64,000 nt of DNA, taken from contig NC_134469.1 of the NCBI RefSeq assembly GCF_964194025.1, positions 82,274,001 through 82,338,000 of the forward strand, read 5' to 3'. How positions within the stretch are numbered: position 1 is the stretch's first letter; each line of letters begins with the position of its first letter. The notes under the pieces are model-generated. The model searched no databases. It was given only the letters and a program-made list of their open reading frames with translations, and had not been told where the DNA came from. This DNA is from Convolutriloba macropyga (Eukaryota). The position numbers and the translations under genes were made by a program. Shown here one piece after another: positions 38,250 to 50,544 of this stretch.

Positions 38250-41200
38250 ACACTTAGACGTTATGGAACGGGAAATAAGCAGGAAGTGTTTAAATCGCTT
38301 TTGAATTATGCTGGATCTGAAGGCGCGCTTCAGATAAGCCAAGAATTGGATAAAAGAACAAAACTGTAACAATTGGTTTAACAGAACATTTGTATGCGTT
38401 TGCACAGTCCTGTCAGTTTACTTTATCAGATAATAATTCTAGAACAAAGCGGGGGCGAAAAACGGGTATTGACGGTGCGAGTAAGCGAATGAAAAGAAAT
38501 TTTTGATTTCCAGCCAACAAAGACAAATAACGCGCAACGGGAGCTAAGGAAGAAGGTTAATCCATCATAAGAATGGGTAAATATTTAATATTATAGTTTA
38601 TTTGTATTTGTTATTTAGGATAGTGGATAAAACATATAAAAAAATTCTCCTGGCGCGAATGTGTGGCAACTTGTGCTGATATTGTAACTTTGGAGCACAG
38701 CTCATTGTTACTGGAAATCACAAAATGCCTGGAATACAGCCAGTATGGATATAGTTGTTTCAAAATGGCTTCCAGGTACATTGAGTCAGGCAGAAAGTCA
38801 TGATTTCGTTTCAATAAGATATTACAATTGGTTCTAATTAATTACCCCTTTAGTTCTGAGTATATGCTATGAAACATATTATAGACCAAGTGATAGGTAA
38901 TGACAAGTCGAACAATGCTGTGGATGTGGACTTTTCAATTTCTGTCTTGAAAAAGATTTTTCACTTTTGTTAATGATAACATGTATAAGCATGGTAAATG
39001 ATTATGGAAGTTTAGAGTTTCAAACTGTGGAACTTATGAACCAAGATATTCCTAATTTGCCTACGGGTTGTATAGAGTTGTTTCAATGTAATATTTTAAG
39101 AGTTAAGGTTTCTTTCTATGAGTCACTAATTTGCAATGGTTAAGTTTACTTAAGACAAAGTGCAGTAAGCAAACGAACGGAAAATTTGAATGCTAATTAA
39201 GCTAAAGAAGATTGAGATAATTAGTTAATTGTAAGGAAAAGAATTCAATTTAATCTGGTTTTTGTGTATGTGATAATTCAAGAACTATTTACAAGAAAAA
39301 AAAACTGCTTTTGTTTTCTTTGACGATCATATCGTGACGTAGCATCAGCAACTGAGGTCCCGTCTTCGTTTTTTAGTACTGGTTGTACAACCGATTGTGT
39401 TTGTGTAGGTTGAGAGAATGTCGGAGAGATTGAAGGTTGTTGCTCTGTTATATTTGTTTGCTTCATTGCTCACGCTTTTCTTTTATTTACCTTGCTAAGT
39501 TAGACGTTGGTTGTTGCATGGAAGTAGAGGTTTGTGTTTGCATTGGTGACGATGTTGCTGATGTCTCTGAAGTTGGTGTATTATATAGCTCATGTGTTAG
39601 AAATTATGGCGATGTTTGGGAGCTAGTTGTAGATTGGGAGTTATTACTCCCAGGGTTGTAAGTGCTTCTGCTAAATGTAATGCTACTGGTGTTGAAGTAG
39701 GGTCTGATTGTGGCAGTCTTTGTTGTAGAGAAACTTTTGATGTTATGTGTGGTGTACTTCTATCATCTAGAGGACGATAATTTGTGTTTTCTACGTGTGC
39801 ATCAAAAAGTTGGGGTTCTTTAAGTGCCTCAGGAATTGACGGAACTTCGAGAAATTTTTGTTCAACAACGTCATTGATATCTTCAATTTTAAACTGCGGT
39901 ATAAATGGTTTCAATCTGACTCTATGAACAATTTGTGTATAATTTGTTTTTCTTTTCCGAATTAGGTAGTTACTTCCAATCAGAACCTTTTCAGCACGGT
40001 AGAAACCTGTCCACTTACTTTGTAACTTCCCTAATTTCTCATGTTCTGTTGTTATTAGCGGACGGAGTATCATACAATAGTCATTTACTTTCAACAGTAA
40101 GGCTTTTGCTTTTCTATCATAATAATCTCTGTATTTGCTAAAGGGAGCAACTAAATTTTCCTTGGATGTAGCAAAGATGTTATTTGACTTAGTTTGTAGA
40201 TCACTAACGTAATCGAATCTACTTGAGTAGTTAGGCAGTGTTTTGATGTTGAAACGAAAATCAATAGGGTTCATTGGTATCCTGCCATGAAAACTCAAAG
40301 TTCATGGGCATCCGAGTACTGTATGATAGCTTGTGTTGTGTTGGAATAGAGCCAGATCCTGTCATGTTTAAGTTGGAATATGCCTGTCATGTTTAAGTTC
40401 GTTCTCATAAATCTTATGATGTCGTTTCAATGGTCCATGAAATCGTTCAAGAGGGCCGATTATCTGGGCGTGTTTAACCGTTGCATGATTTAGTAAATTC
40501 AAGCATTTCTGAAAAGCTTTGAATTAGTTTTGATGTGAACACTGAACCTTTGTCTGTTAGGATTCCTAATGGAATGTAGGAGTGTCCCGAGAACCATCGC
40601 ATTAATATTTTAGCCACTGTTTCAGCAGGGGGTGATGTAATTGGCTGAGCAAACATATACTTTGAGAAAAAATCCATTGCGGTAATCACGCACGACACTT
40701 AGACTTTATGGAACGGGAAAAAAGCATGAAGTGTTTAAATCTTTTTTGAATTATGCTGGATCTGAAGGCGCGCTTCAGATAAGCCAAGAATTGGATAAAA
40801 GAACAAAACTGTAACAATTGGTTTAACAGAACATTTGTATGCGTTTGCACAGTCCTGTCAGTTTACTTTATCAGATAATAATTCTAGAATAAAGCGGGGG
40901 CGAAAAACGGGTATTGACGGTGCGAGTAAGCGAATGAAAAGAAATTTTTGATTTCCAGCCAACAAAGACAAATAACGCGTAACGGGAGCTAAGGAAGAAG
41001 GTCAATCCATCATAAGAATGGTTAAATATTTAATATTATAGTTTATTTGTATTTGTTATTTAGGATAGTGGATAAAACATATAAAAAAATTCTCCTGGCG
41101 CGAATGTGTGGCAACTTGTGCTGATATTGTAACTTTGGAGCACAGCTCATTGTTACTGGAAATCACAAAATGCCTGGAATACAGCCAGTATGGATATAGT

Positions 41201-43220
41201 TGTTTCAAAATGGCTTCCAGGTACATTGATTCAGGCAGAAAGTCATGATTTCGTTTCAATAAGATATTACAATTGGTTCTAATTAATTACCCCTTTAGTT
41301 CTGAGTATATGCTATGAAACATATTATAGAATTATAGACCAAGTGATAGGTAATGTCAAGTCGAACAATGCTGTGGATGTGGACTTTTCAATTTCTGTCT
41401 TGAAAAAGATTTTTCACTTTTGTTAGTGATAACATGTATAAGCATGGTAAATGATTATGGAAGTTTAGAGTTTCAAACTGTGGAACTTATGAACCAAGAT
41501 ATTCCTAATTTGCCTACGGGTAAATTGAAAGGGCTTGCGTATATTGCTATCTCCCATACTGTTGAAAACACATTTATGTAATACGTTCAGTAAAGCGCTA
41601 TATTGGGTTGTTTCAATGTAATATTTTAAGAGTTAAGGTTTCTTTCTATGAGTCACTAATTTGCAATGGTTAAGTTTACTTAAGACAAAGTGCAGTAAGC
41701 AAACGAACGGAAAATTTGAATGCTAATTAAGCTAAAAAAGATTGAGATAATTAGTCAATTGTAAGGAAAAGAATTCAATTTAATCTTGTTTTTAATGTGA
41801 TAATTCAAGAACTATTTACAAGAAAAAAAACTGCTTTTGTTTTCTTTGACGATCATATTGTGACGTAGCATCAGCAACCTGAGGTCCCGTCTTCGTTTTT
41901 TAGTACTGGTTGTACAACCGATTGTGTTTGTGTAGGTTGAGAGAATGTCGGAGAGATTGAAGGTTGTTGCTCTGTTATATTTGTTTGCTTCATTGCTCAC
42001 GCTTTTCTTTTATTTAACTTGCTAAGTTAGACGTTGGTTGTTGCATGGAAGTAGAGGTTTGTGTTTGCGTTGTGACGATGTTGCTGATGTCTCTGAAGTT
42101 GGTGTATTATATTGCTCATGTGTTAGAAATTATGGCGATGTTTGAGAGCTATTTGTAGATTGGGAGTTGTTACTCCTAGGGTTGTAAGTGCTTCTGCTAA
42201 ATGTAATGCTACTGGTGTTGAAGTAGAGTCTGATTGTGATAGTCTTTGTTGTAAAGAAACTTTTGATGTTATGTGTGGTGTACTTCTATCATCTAGAGGA
42301 CGGTAATTTGTGTTTTCTACGTGTGCATCAAAAAATTGGGGTTCTTTAAGTGCCTCAGGAATTGACGGAACTTCGAGAAATTTTTGTTCAACAACGTCAC
42401 TGATATCTTCAATTTTAAATTGCGGTATAAATGGTTTCAATCTGACTCTATGAACAATTTGTGTATAATTTGTTTTTCTTTTCCGAATTAGGTAGTTACT
42501 TCTTGTCAGAACCTTTTCAACACGGTAGAAACCTGTCCACTTGCTTTGTAACTTCCCTAATTTCTCATGTTCTGTTGTTATTAGCGGACGGAGTAACATA
42601 CAATAGTCATTTACTTTCAACAGTAAGGCTTTTGCTTTTCTATCATAATAATCTCTGTATTTGCTAAAGGGAGCAACTAAATTTTCCTTGGATGTAGCAA
42701 AGATGTTATTTGACTTAGTTTGTAGATCACTAACGTAATCGAATCTACTTGAGTAGTTAGGCAGTGTTTTGATGTTGAAACGAAAATCAATAGGGTTCAT
42801 TGGTATCCTGCCATGAAAACTCAAAGTTCATGGGCATCCGAGTACTGTATGATAGCTTGTGTTGTGTTGGAATAGAGCCAGATCCTGTCATGTTTAAGTT
42901 GGAATATGCCTGTCATGTTTAAGTTCGTTCTCATAAATCTTATGATGTCGTTTCAATGGTCCATGAAATCGTTCAAGAAGGCCGATTATCTGGGCGTGTT
43001 TAACCGTTGCATGATTTAGTAAATTCAAGCATTTCTGAAAAGCTTTGAATTAGTTTTGATGTGAACACTGAACCTTTGTCTGTTAGGATTCCTAATGGAA
43101 TGTAGGAGTGTCCCGAGAACCATCGCATTAATATTTTAGCCACTGTTTCAGCAGGGGGCGATGTAATTGGCTGAGCAAACATATACTTTGAGAAAAAATC
43201 CATTGCGGTAATCACGCACG
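38250..43220. repeat. Tandem duplication inside the LTR element (38250-40694 and 40695-43220)
   Basis: Junction CACGCACG-A-CACTTAGAC at 40695 joins integrase sequence (cf. 43211-43221) to sequence starting at 38250. Integrase C-terminal ORFs 39597-40298 and 42123-42824 are paralogous. Confidence 0.92.
39280..40694 (-). pseudogene. Duplicated integrase C-terminal half
   Basis: ORFs 40474-40698 (ITAMDFFSKY, ILTDKGSVF) and 39597-40298 (YYDRKA, LQSKWTGFY, VHRVRLKPF). Confidence 0.85.
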
Positions 43221-46200
43221 AGTAACCTCCTGATTTTGGAAGTTGTCCAGCAATATCAACTTGTAACAAATCTGCAGGAAAACTTTTATTAGATGTAAAT
43301 GGGTTGAATGGTGGCGTCAAATTTTCAGGCTTTGGTGATTTTGTTTGAATACAAGACAGGCAATTATTAATATAAACAATTAAAATTTCAGTAAAACCAG
43401 GAAATAAATGTTTATTGCGGAGTTCAAAAATTGTTTTTGAAATGCTTAGATGACCTTTTAGTTTTGAATTATGAATTCTAAAAATTAGTTCTTCTCGCAA
43501 TTGTCTTGGCACAACAGTTTGCTTTGTGAATTTTTGGCCAGTGTGATCAAAAAATTTTCGATAAAGAATTCCGTCATCCATAACTAATCCTTTGAGTTGT
43601 TTAGGATAATTTTGACAATCGTAAGATGAATAAGTTGTATCAGGCCTAGTTTTGTTTGTTATCTAAGTTTTTGCTTTTTGAATATCCTCATCTTTTGTTT
43701 GTTCTATTTTGATATTCAATGGTGTCAGTTTTGACTCTAAGTTCATTTCTTTTAACGGATTAGTTGTATCTCTATTGAAGTAAATTCATCAATGATGGTA
43801 TCAATTTCGGATTTCTCAGTTTCAATTACAATTGTTGGTATTTTGAAATTGTCTTCATTTTTTGCTGTCTTCAATAGGTGCAGATTCGCAAAGTTGATTT
43901 TTGGGCGTATTCTGCTGAAAGGAATTGTTTATTTTTCTCACTGCTACTTTTTTTTCTAATTTCAGACCCATTTTTGTAGCTGGATTTAAATTGATTCGCG
44001 ACAAGTAATCTGCAGCCGCATTTGCTTTTCCAGAGATGTGGCCAATTACAAAATTGAAAGATAAGATGTAATCTACAGCATTCCATAGGTTTCCAGGAAT
44101 GACCTTCGCTTTTAAGAATTTAGTCACAGTTTTGTTATCAGTCAATACAAGAATTGGTTTGTTAGATAATCCCCATAAGTAGAGTTCAAACGTTTTAAAT
44201 GCTAAATGAACGCTCAGAAATTTTTTCAAATAAATAGAATGCTTGAGTTGATTCAGAGAGAATAAGTATGATCCAAAAGCGACTGGAGCATACGATTTTT
44301 CTATGGGTGTTTTTGCGTGATAATCATAATCTTCAATCAGTAAGATAAATCCTGCTGCATAAAAGCTAGCGTCACATGCAAGAAAAAAATGAGAGTTCGG
44401 TTTGGCCATTTTAACTGATAATTTGCAGGCTTGATTCAAATCTTGTTACAATATCTGAATGCTTTCCGTGTGTTCATTTTTGATATTGAATTCTTCTTTT
44501 TTGAGGTAGTAACTTGAGAAATGGGTGTAATTTGACAGCTAATTTAGGTAGAAGTTTTTCAAAATATTGAATGAAACCAATAAATTTGTGAACTTGTTTA
44601 ATAGTTTTCGGCATATTAATGTTGTTAATGCAATTCTGAACTTTATCTTTATTAGGGCTCAGGCCGGTTTCCGTAATGGTGTGTCCAAGAAACTGAATCT
44701 GAGAAATGCCGAACTGGCATTTTTCTATTGACAACTTAAATCCTGATCGTTCTATGCTTTTAAAAGTTGCATCGCTTTCCAAGTCATCAAAACAGACAAA
44801 AGATTATTCATTGGCTACACACGTTCCAATTGTTTACTAACACACGAACTGAAAGCCGTTGGTGATCTGCTAAGTCCTTGCGCTGACCTTTTGAATGCAA
44901 AAGTTCCTCCACCGAAATTGACAGCTAACAGCTGTACACTCTTTCATCTGCCATCTGCATTGAGAAGCAAGCTTGACTACAATCCATTTCCGCGAAAGTT
45001 TTCTTTCCTGCTAAATGTGCGGAGGCATCACATATATTAGGGATAGGGAAACTGTTATTAGTATAGTCATGTCGAAGAAGATGGTTAATCCTCCTAAGAT
45101 CAATTAGTATTCTTAATGTCCCTGAAGATCTACTTTGTGCAAATATCGGTGATGAATACTTTGGAAACGGGAGTGATGCAATAATGTCAAAGTACTGCAT
45201 TAATGCAAGTTCTATAAGAATTTCATTGCGTAGGTGTATTGTGTTGTAGGGTTCGATGTGTATATTGGTTTGTCATTCTTTGGCGTCAGTTTTACTAGAC
45301 AGTCAGTGTTTGCAAAATCCAGCCTGTGTCGCGTAAATATCTGATGATGTTTTACAAGTAAGAGGTCAATTTTGCATCGTATCATTTTTGAAAAAAACGG
45401 AATAATTGCAGTTGAATTTTGGCAAAAATTGTTCTCTGTGTTCCTCGTTGATTGTAGGATCCAGAAGTTCTGTTTGTTTGAAAAGTTTTATTGTATTATA
45501 AATGGTTTTTTGAATACCATTCAATTTGGACGAATCATTGCAATTTTGTGAGGTACCAAAAAAGTCTGAAGACTAATTATCCTTTTGTTGACTTGGTTTA
45601 TTCTCATTAATCGTGTTTAAATCTGTATGACAGTCAATTATTGATGGATGTATTGGTAACAAATAAGATGCTTGTTTTTGTGTGACCAATTGCAAGTTTG
45701 CGGAGACACCGTTACTTTGTAATGCCGGAAGTTAATTATTCCAAATTTGTTTCGATTGTTAGAATCAGTTTTGCTAATGGAAAATATGACACACAATCCA
45801 GATTTTCGCTCAAAGAGTAATGACGGCTCAAAAATTCCAATAAAGTTTTGTTATGATGTGTGGGTTTTTTCAAGTTTACATTCAGTTATCTCTTGCTGAT
45901 TTGGTAATATGGTTATTTTGGAAATGTTTACCAGTACTAAGGTTCTTAGTACTGATTTTGATGAATTAATGTTGTTCAAACTGAGCGTAATATCAGGTAG
46001 GTAAAGCAATCTTTTGTGAGGATGTGAAATAATATCATTGTTTTCGGAGAAGGGCATGCGTAGTAATGGTGAGTTCATTTCTTTCAAAACAAGGAACTGC
46101 TCATTGAAGAATGTGCCATCGATGTAAAATACGATTTCAACATTATAAATAACAGATACTTTTTCTCCATTAGCTAGTTTAACAAGTTTGGGAAATGAAA

Positions 46201-46330
46201 AACTTGAGGATGAAATATACTTTGTTGCTTGTTTCTGGATAAGTTGAAACGATTTGAGAGGTAGAGCACTCTAAAATGCTCCACTATCAACAAGAGCATC
46301 AATATAAAATTTGGGGAAGCTCAATTGTAT
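41820..46330 (-). pseudogene. pol: Gypsy pol (protease, RT, RNase H, integrase), fragmented
   Basis: Protease ALVDSGA (~46280). RT YSSPIF...LRILIDLRRIN, EMDCSQA, and CFDD in place of YxDD (~44785). RNase H LACDASFYAAG, VLTDNK, ANAAADYLSR. Integrase H..GH...CLSC, LQVDIAG, TDKGSVF. Confidence 0.9.
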
Positions 46331-46399
46331 GTAATAAGGTTTGTCTTCATGCAATTGAATAGATAATGTACGGTTAGTTGTGAGTATTGATGGAAGTAG

Positions 46400-47475
46400 A
46401 ATATCTGACTGTGGCTGTGCTAGTTTTTTTGAGTTTCCTATGTAGTAGTTGAAAGGGATAATTCCCTCCACGCTGAGCAGGTTGTCTTAAGAGACAATCA
46501 CGTTGCATGTAAGCCAGGTTGACCACATATTCAACATATGACAGGGTTAAACCTAGCTCTATGTGTTTGACCTCTTGTTGAGCTGTACTGTGACCGCGGG
46601 AACGAGTGTCTGTAGTTTGTCCATGTTGCGGCTGCATTATTATGATTGTATCGTTGTCCAAAATTGCTGCAATTGTTGCTGTTTCTCCTTTCTATATTTG
46701 GTCCACCACAGTTCAATTATCGAACAGTTTAGTCTATTTGCCTTTTCTGTTGTCCAATGTTCTTCTGTGTTTGTGCCAGATCTTTTTGAGCTTCAACGAC
46801 TGAGTTTAGTACTTGTGTAAAGCTAGTAGATGGCTGAGTACTCGAGAAGCATTGAATGCAGTCGAAACCTAATATTCATCAATTAATATGCATTTCAAAA
46901 CTGGTTGTTTAGAAATTTGGGTAAAGAGCGTGTCAATTGTATCTGTATCTGGTCGCATGAGTAACTTCAATTGCAGCTATGTTGGCATTACTGCTATAAA
47001 GGCGTCTCGGATTCTTCGAGTTTGCTCGCTTGATCTATCTACTCCTCCAGAATTAGCAAAGGCAATGTGTGCTAGCTTTGTTAGGTCTTTAAAGAAATCT
47101 TCTTGTTTATTTTGAGGTATCGAATTTCTTTTGTTGAAATTTGAGTTTGTAGAATTCATGTTGATTTGCACTAAAATAACGTCTTTCTAATGCTGTAAGT
47201 GCTGTCGCCAGGTCTGCTTTTTCTGCCGCTGATAGTTCAAGAAAGTAGCTGAGTGCACCACCTGCTAAATGGAGTTTTAGAAAAACAATTTTACCTGCAT
47301 CTGGGACTTGCGCGAGTGTTATAAAGCTCCTGATTTGCTCTCTAAATACTCTGAAATCTTCAGTTGGTCCTCCAGAAAAAAGATTAATGTGAACAGCTGG
47401 AGGTGCTTGGCTTGTAGCTAGACTTGTCGTTATTGCGTTGGCAAAATCTGTAGCTGCTGCTGCTACATCAGCCAT
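46400..47475 (-). pseudogene. gag: gag, fragmented
   Basis: ORF from ATG at 47475 (LFSGGPTEDFRVFREQ...LKLHLAGGALSYF...ALERRYF, retrotransposon-gag-like); degenerate zinc knuckle C*ICGQPG..H...C near 46495-46536; lies directly upstream of the protease. Confidence 0.8.
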
Positions 47476-48054
47476 TGTCAGATTATATAATCAAATAATG
47501 AATTAGTGATTAATTTGTTACGTAATTGTTTATATAAGAGAAGTTTCGTAAGGTGAGAGACAAAATTAATAGAATTTATTCGTTTTGTAAGTCTTTTGAT
47601 ATAATCATTGCTATGACATGATAATAGGGGTCTGAAAATATTGCAAGTACTGTAGCATTGCAGTCAGGTAATTTGAAGAACGTTTGTTCGGGGTGGAAAG
47701 TAGGAAAATTTTTGTTGTCACTCAATGAATCGTAAAATATATCTATCAATCTGGGCAACGTTATCTTGCAAGATTAGCTAATTTTTAAGTATGGTCAAGT
47801 TCAATAATTGTGTTCGTTTTGTATAGTGAGTTAAAAATAGATTCATAATTTGAATGAGATTTTTGTAAATTATAAATTCCCACGTGAAAGGTTAAAAAAT
47901 TTTCATAAATTAGATAAATATAAAAAGTCTCAATGTGAATGTGAAAAAAATTGAGTTTTACAATTTTAGATTATAATGCGAGAAAAATTTTTTGTTTGCT
48001 AACATATGTGCTTATAAAATCAGGCATTTTTATTTAGTCACTTTAAACGGTCAA

Positions 48055-48442
48055 TATTTTATAATGCTTACATTAGTATGTTCTATTAAGTATCTGATTA
48101 CTCTATGATTCAGGTCTTCAGACGAATAGTGAATTCGATGTGGCTATACCTTTTGAAAACATTTGTGCACAACTTCAATTCAGTCTATCTATCTTTTCTG
48201 TTTGTCAACAAACTTTGTTTTTCTATCAACTCTTCTTCAATTCAAACTTCTTGGAAAGACAACTTCCCTAATTGTCAGGTGCTATCCAATAACATTTAAG
48301 CATTTGAATAGAATTATAACAATCTTTCTTATCCAATCAAGATCAACTAAAAAAAACCACACATTCAATGATATCAACAATCAAACAATGCAATCTATGA
48401 TAATCATGATCAAATTCTAATCTTGATATTTTGGTTATGACC
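48055..48442 (-). repeat. 5' LTR
   Basis: Homologous to 33723-34115 over its full length; termini decayed. Confidence 0.85.
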
Positions 48443-50119
48443 GCTTGCTATGCAATGTCCATGAAAGATCCAGCGAAATGTTCAAAAAAAGAATGAAAGG
48501 CCGTAAAACGCTTCAGTTTACTAATTTTTTATCAACAAAAAGTAAGCCAAGTTCATTTTAAAAGTTTGTCAAATTATGTAACTACGCAAGTTTAACGCAC
48601 CCTTTTAGTCAAACAGACTGTTTTGAGCAGTCACAAATGTGATAAGTCATACCAATGCTCGGATTCTATAGAATAAGTTGCAAAATATTACCCAATTATA
48701 TTTTGCTTCCGAGGGGTTATCTAGGATTATGATGGCTAATGCATAGACCACATTAATAAAGCCATATTTCCAAAACTTGTGAAAAAAAAGTTGATTAGGA
48801 GAAAGCACCTCCCCTAAAAGGGTAGTCGGGGGGCAGCAAGTCAACTCCTATGTGCAATTAAAATTCCTGACAGTAGTCAAAAATTGAAGCATCAGATGCA
48901 AAAGATAAAGAAATTAAAGCATCAGAATTATAATCAAAATAGATATGGTAAATAGCAATTAAAGTATAAGGTGCAGTGATTTTCAAACAAGATTAGAAAA
49001 GATATTAAGCATTTAGCACAACAGCTTCAATTCCTCTACAATGGTTCCTATTGATGCTTCTACTGCAGAGCGCCGGCGCATGGAGCGCGCGCCACGGAGG
49101 TTGATTATGGAGCTGCGCAAAAGAGCTAACCTTAATTTTGTCCTCAGGTACGTGATCACGTACCATGATTCGGGCGGGGGCTATGAATAACCATGATTCG
49201 GGCGGGGGCTATAAATTATCTGACCACTAAGCTGGGGGGGGGGGGCGATAATGGGAAATACCCGACTAAGCTTCAGGCGACCACTGCATCTCGTGTGTCG
49301 AGCCTTTGTTTGATCAGGCAATAATTGCTCTAATTGAATCGCAATTTCCACAAGATCATATGACTCTCTAAGAACAACAGTCGAGTTCATCGCGGCTTCA
49401 AAGCAAAAAACCTCAAATATGCAAAGAGAAACAATTTGAAGTTATCCTTATTTTCAGATTTGATCAAAAAGAACTGATGAAAGCAGTATTTACACAGAAC
49501 GCATAAGAGTTCTTTGGCTTGTTTTTAATTGATGTAACAAAGTAAGTCTATTGAAAGATTTAAAAAAGATCGTCAGTTAAAATAGTTTTCTTACGAAAGT
49601 TTTCAAACTCATCGTCAGGTTCATCGTCAGGTTACAAAGAATACAAAATGGTAGGATAAACAACCAGAAAAAAATGCATATCATTAAAATCGACTCATTC
49701 AAGAAAATTAAAAACGAATTTTTACGTATTTACAACCGTATTTACAAAATTTGTTATCTATATGTTTTCAATTTGATGTAGCAGATGCATATGTTTCGTT
49801 TTGTAGCAATCTCTATAGAAACTTTTTCAATACATTTCATTTCAATAGGGTACAATCTTTTCGTTTACGATCTCTAATGTAAAGTTCTCTATTGAAATTT
49901 TGTCCGTTTATGCCCCCCACCCATTACGTAATGCGCCCCCAGTTACAGAGCACGGTTCATTATATAGTAAATCTTTGTTAAAACATGGCACGAGCTTCTG
50001 AGGATGCAAATAGTACGCTCTCGCTAAGCTGCGGCACATAGGGATGAGATCCGAAAAATGATATCACTTGGGGGGGTCTCGTATTTCCAAACTCAAGGAT
50101 GAAAAGGAAAACGCTTTAA

Positions 50120-50340
50120 GAGCCGTTCAGCCTTCCCTCAAGAAAAATGGAGGATGAGTTATCAGTAGGTTCGTTTCTTCTCAGCGACCTACAACCTTGC
50201 AAAAAACTTCTATAGAGGGCTAAGCTTTTTTGGTCCAAATAAAGGATATAAATTTGGCGTGCAGTTCCCTGCGCTTTCCGCTGATTTTAGCTGCCATTCA
50301 TTTGAGAGATTTTTCTGCCGCGGCGAATAAGTTTCTCGGG
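50120..50340 (-). pseudogene. Degenerate CRE-tail fragment (second copy ~58105-58325)
   Basis: Minus-strand translation LFAAAEKSLK*MAAKISGKRRELHAKFISFIWTK; homologous to 33060-33280. Confidence 0.65.
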
Positions 50341-50544
50341 CAATATGTAACATTGTTGATTCTGTTTTGGATCCCCCACCTGCTCTACGTTTTGATATTT
50401 TATTAGAATTTTTGAATCGAACTATAGAAAAGCAAGTAAACTAAGATTATAATGTGAAGGATGAACAGCAAGGATTCTATAAAGCACACAAAAAGAATAA
50501 ATTAACAGCCTCCCTTCTTCTCTAAACTCCAATCGAACAATAAC

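Larger units (their letters stand above)
33723..48442 (-). mobile_element. Decayed Gypsy/Ty3-type LTR retrotransposon with env (endogenous-retrovirus-like), containing an internal 2.5-kb duplication
   Basis: Two LTRs about 85% identical by eye; minus-strand order gag, PR, RT, RNaseH, IN, extra ORFs, env; many stops and frameshifts. Confidence 0.88.

Noticed and set aside
48030-48450. PBS tRNA assignment and TSD for the LTR element
   Set aside because: The PBS region (TTGACCGTTTAAAGTGAC) is too decayed to assign, and the flanks (AGCT vs GCTT) do not give a clean duplication.
49900-49958. Short MITE-end-like motif (GCCCCC...GTTACAGAGCACGG), with loose relatives near 61270-61420
   Set aside because: Could not pair the termini or find TSDs with confidence.
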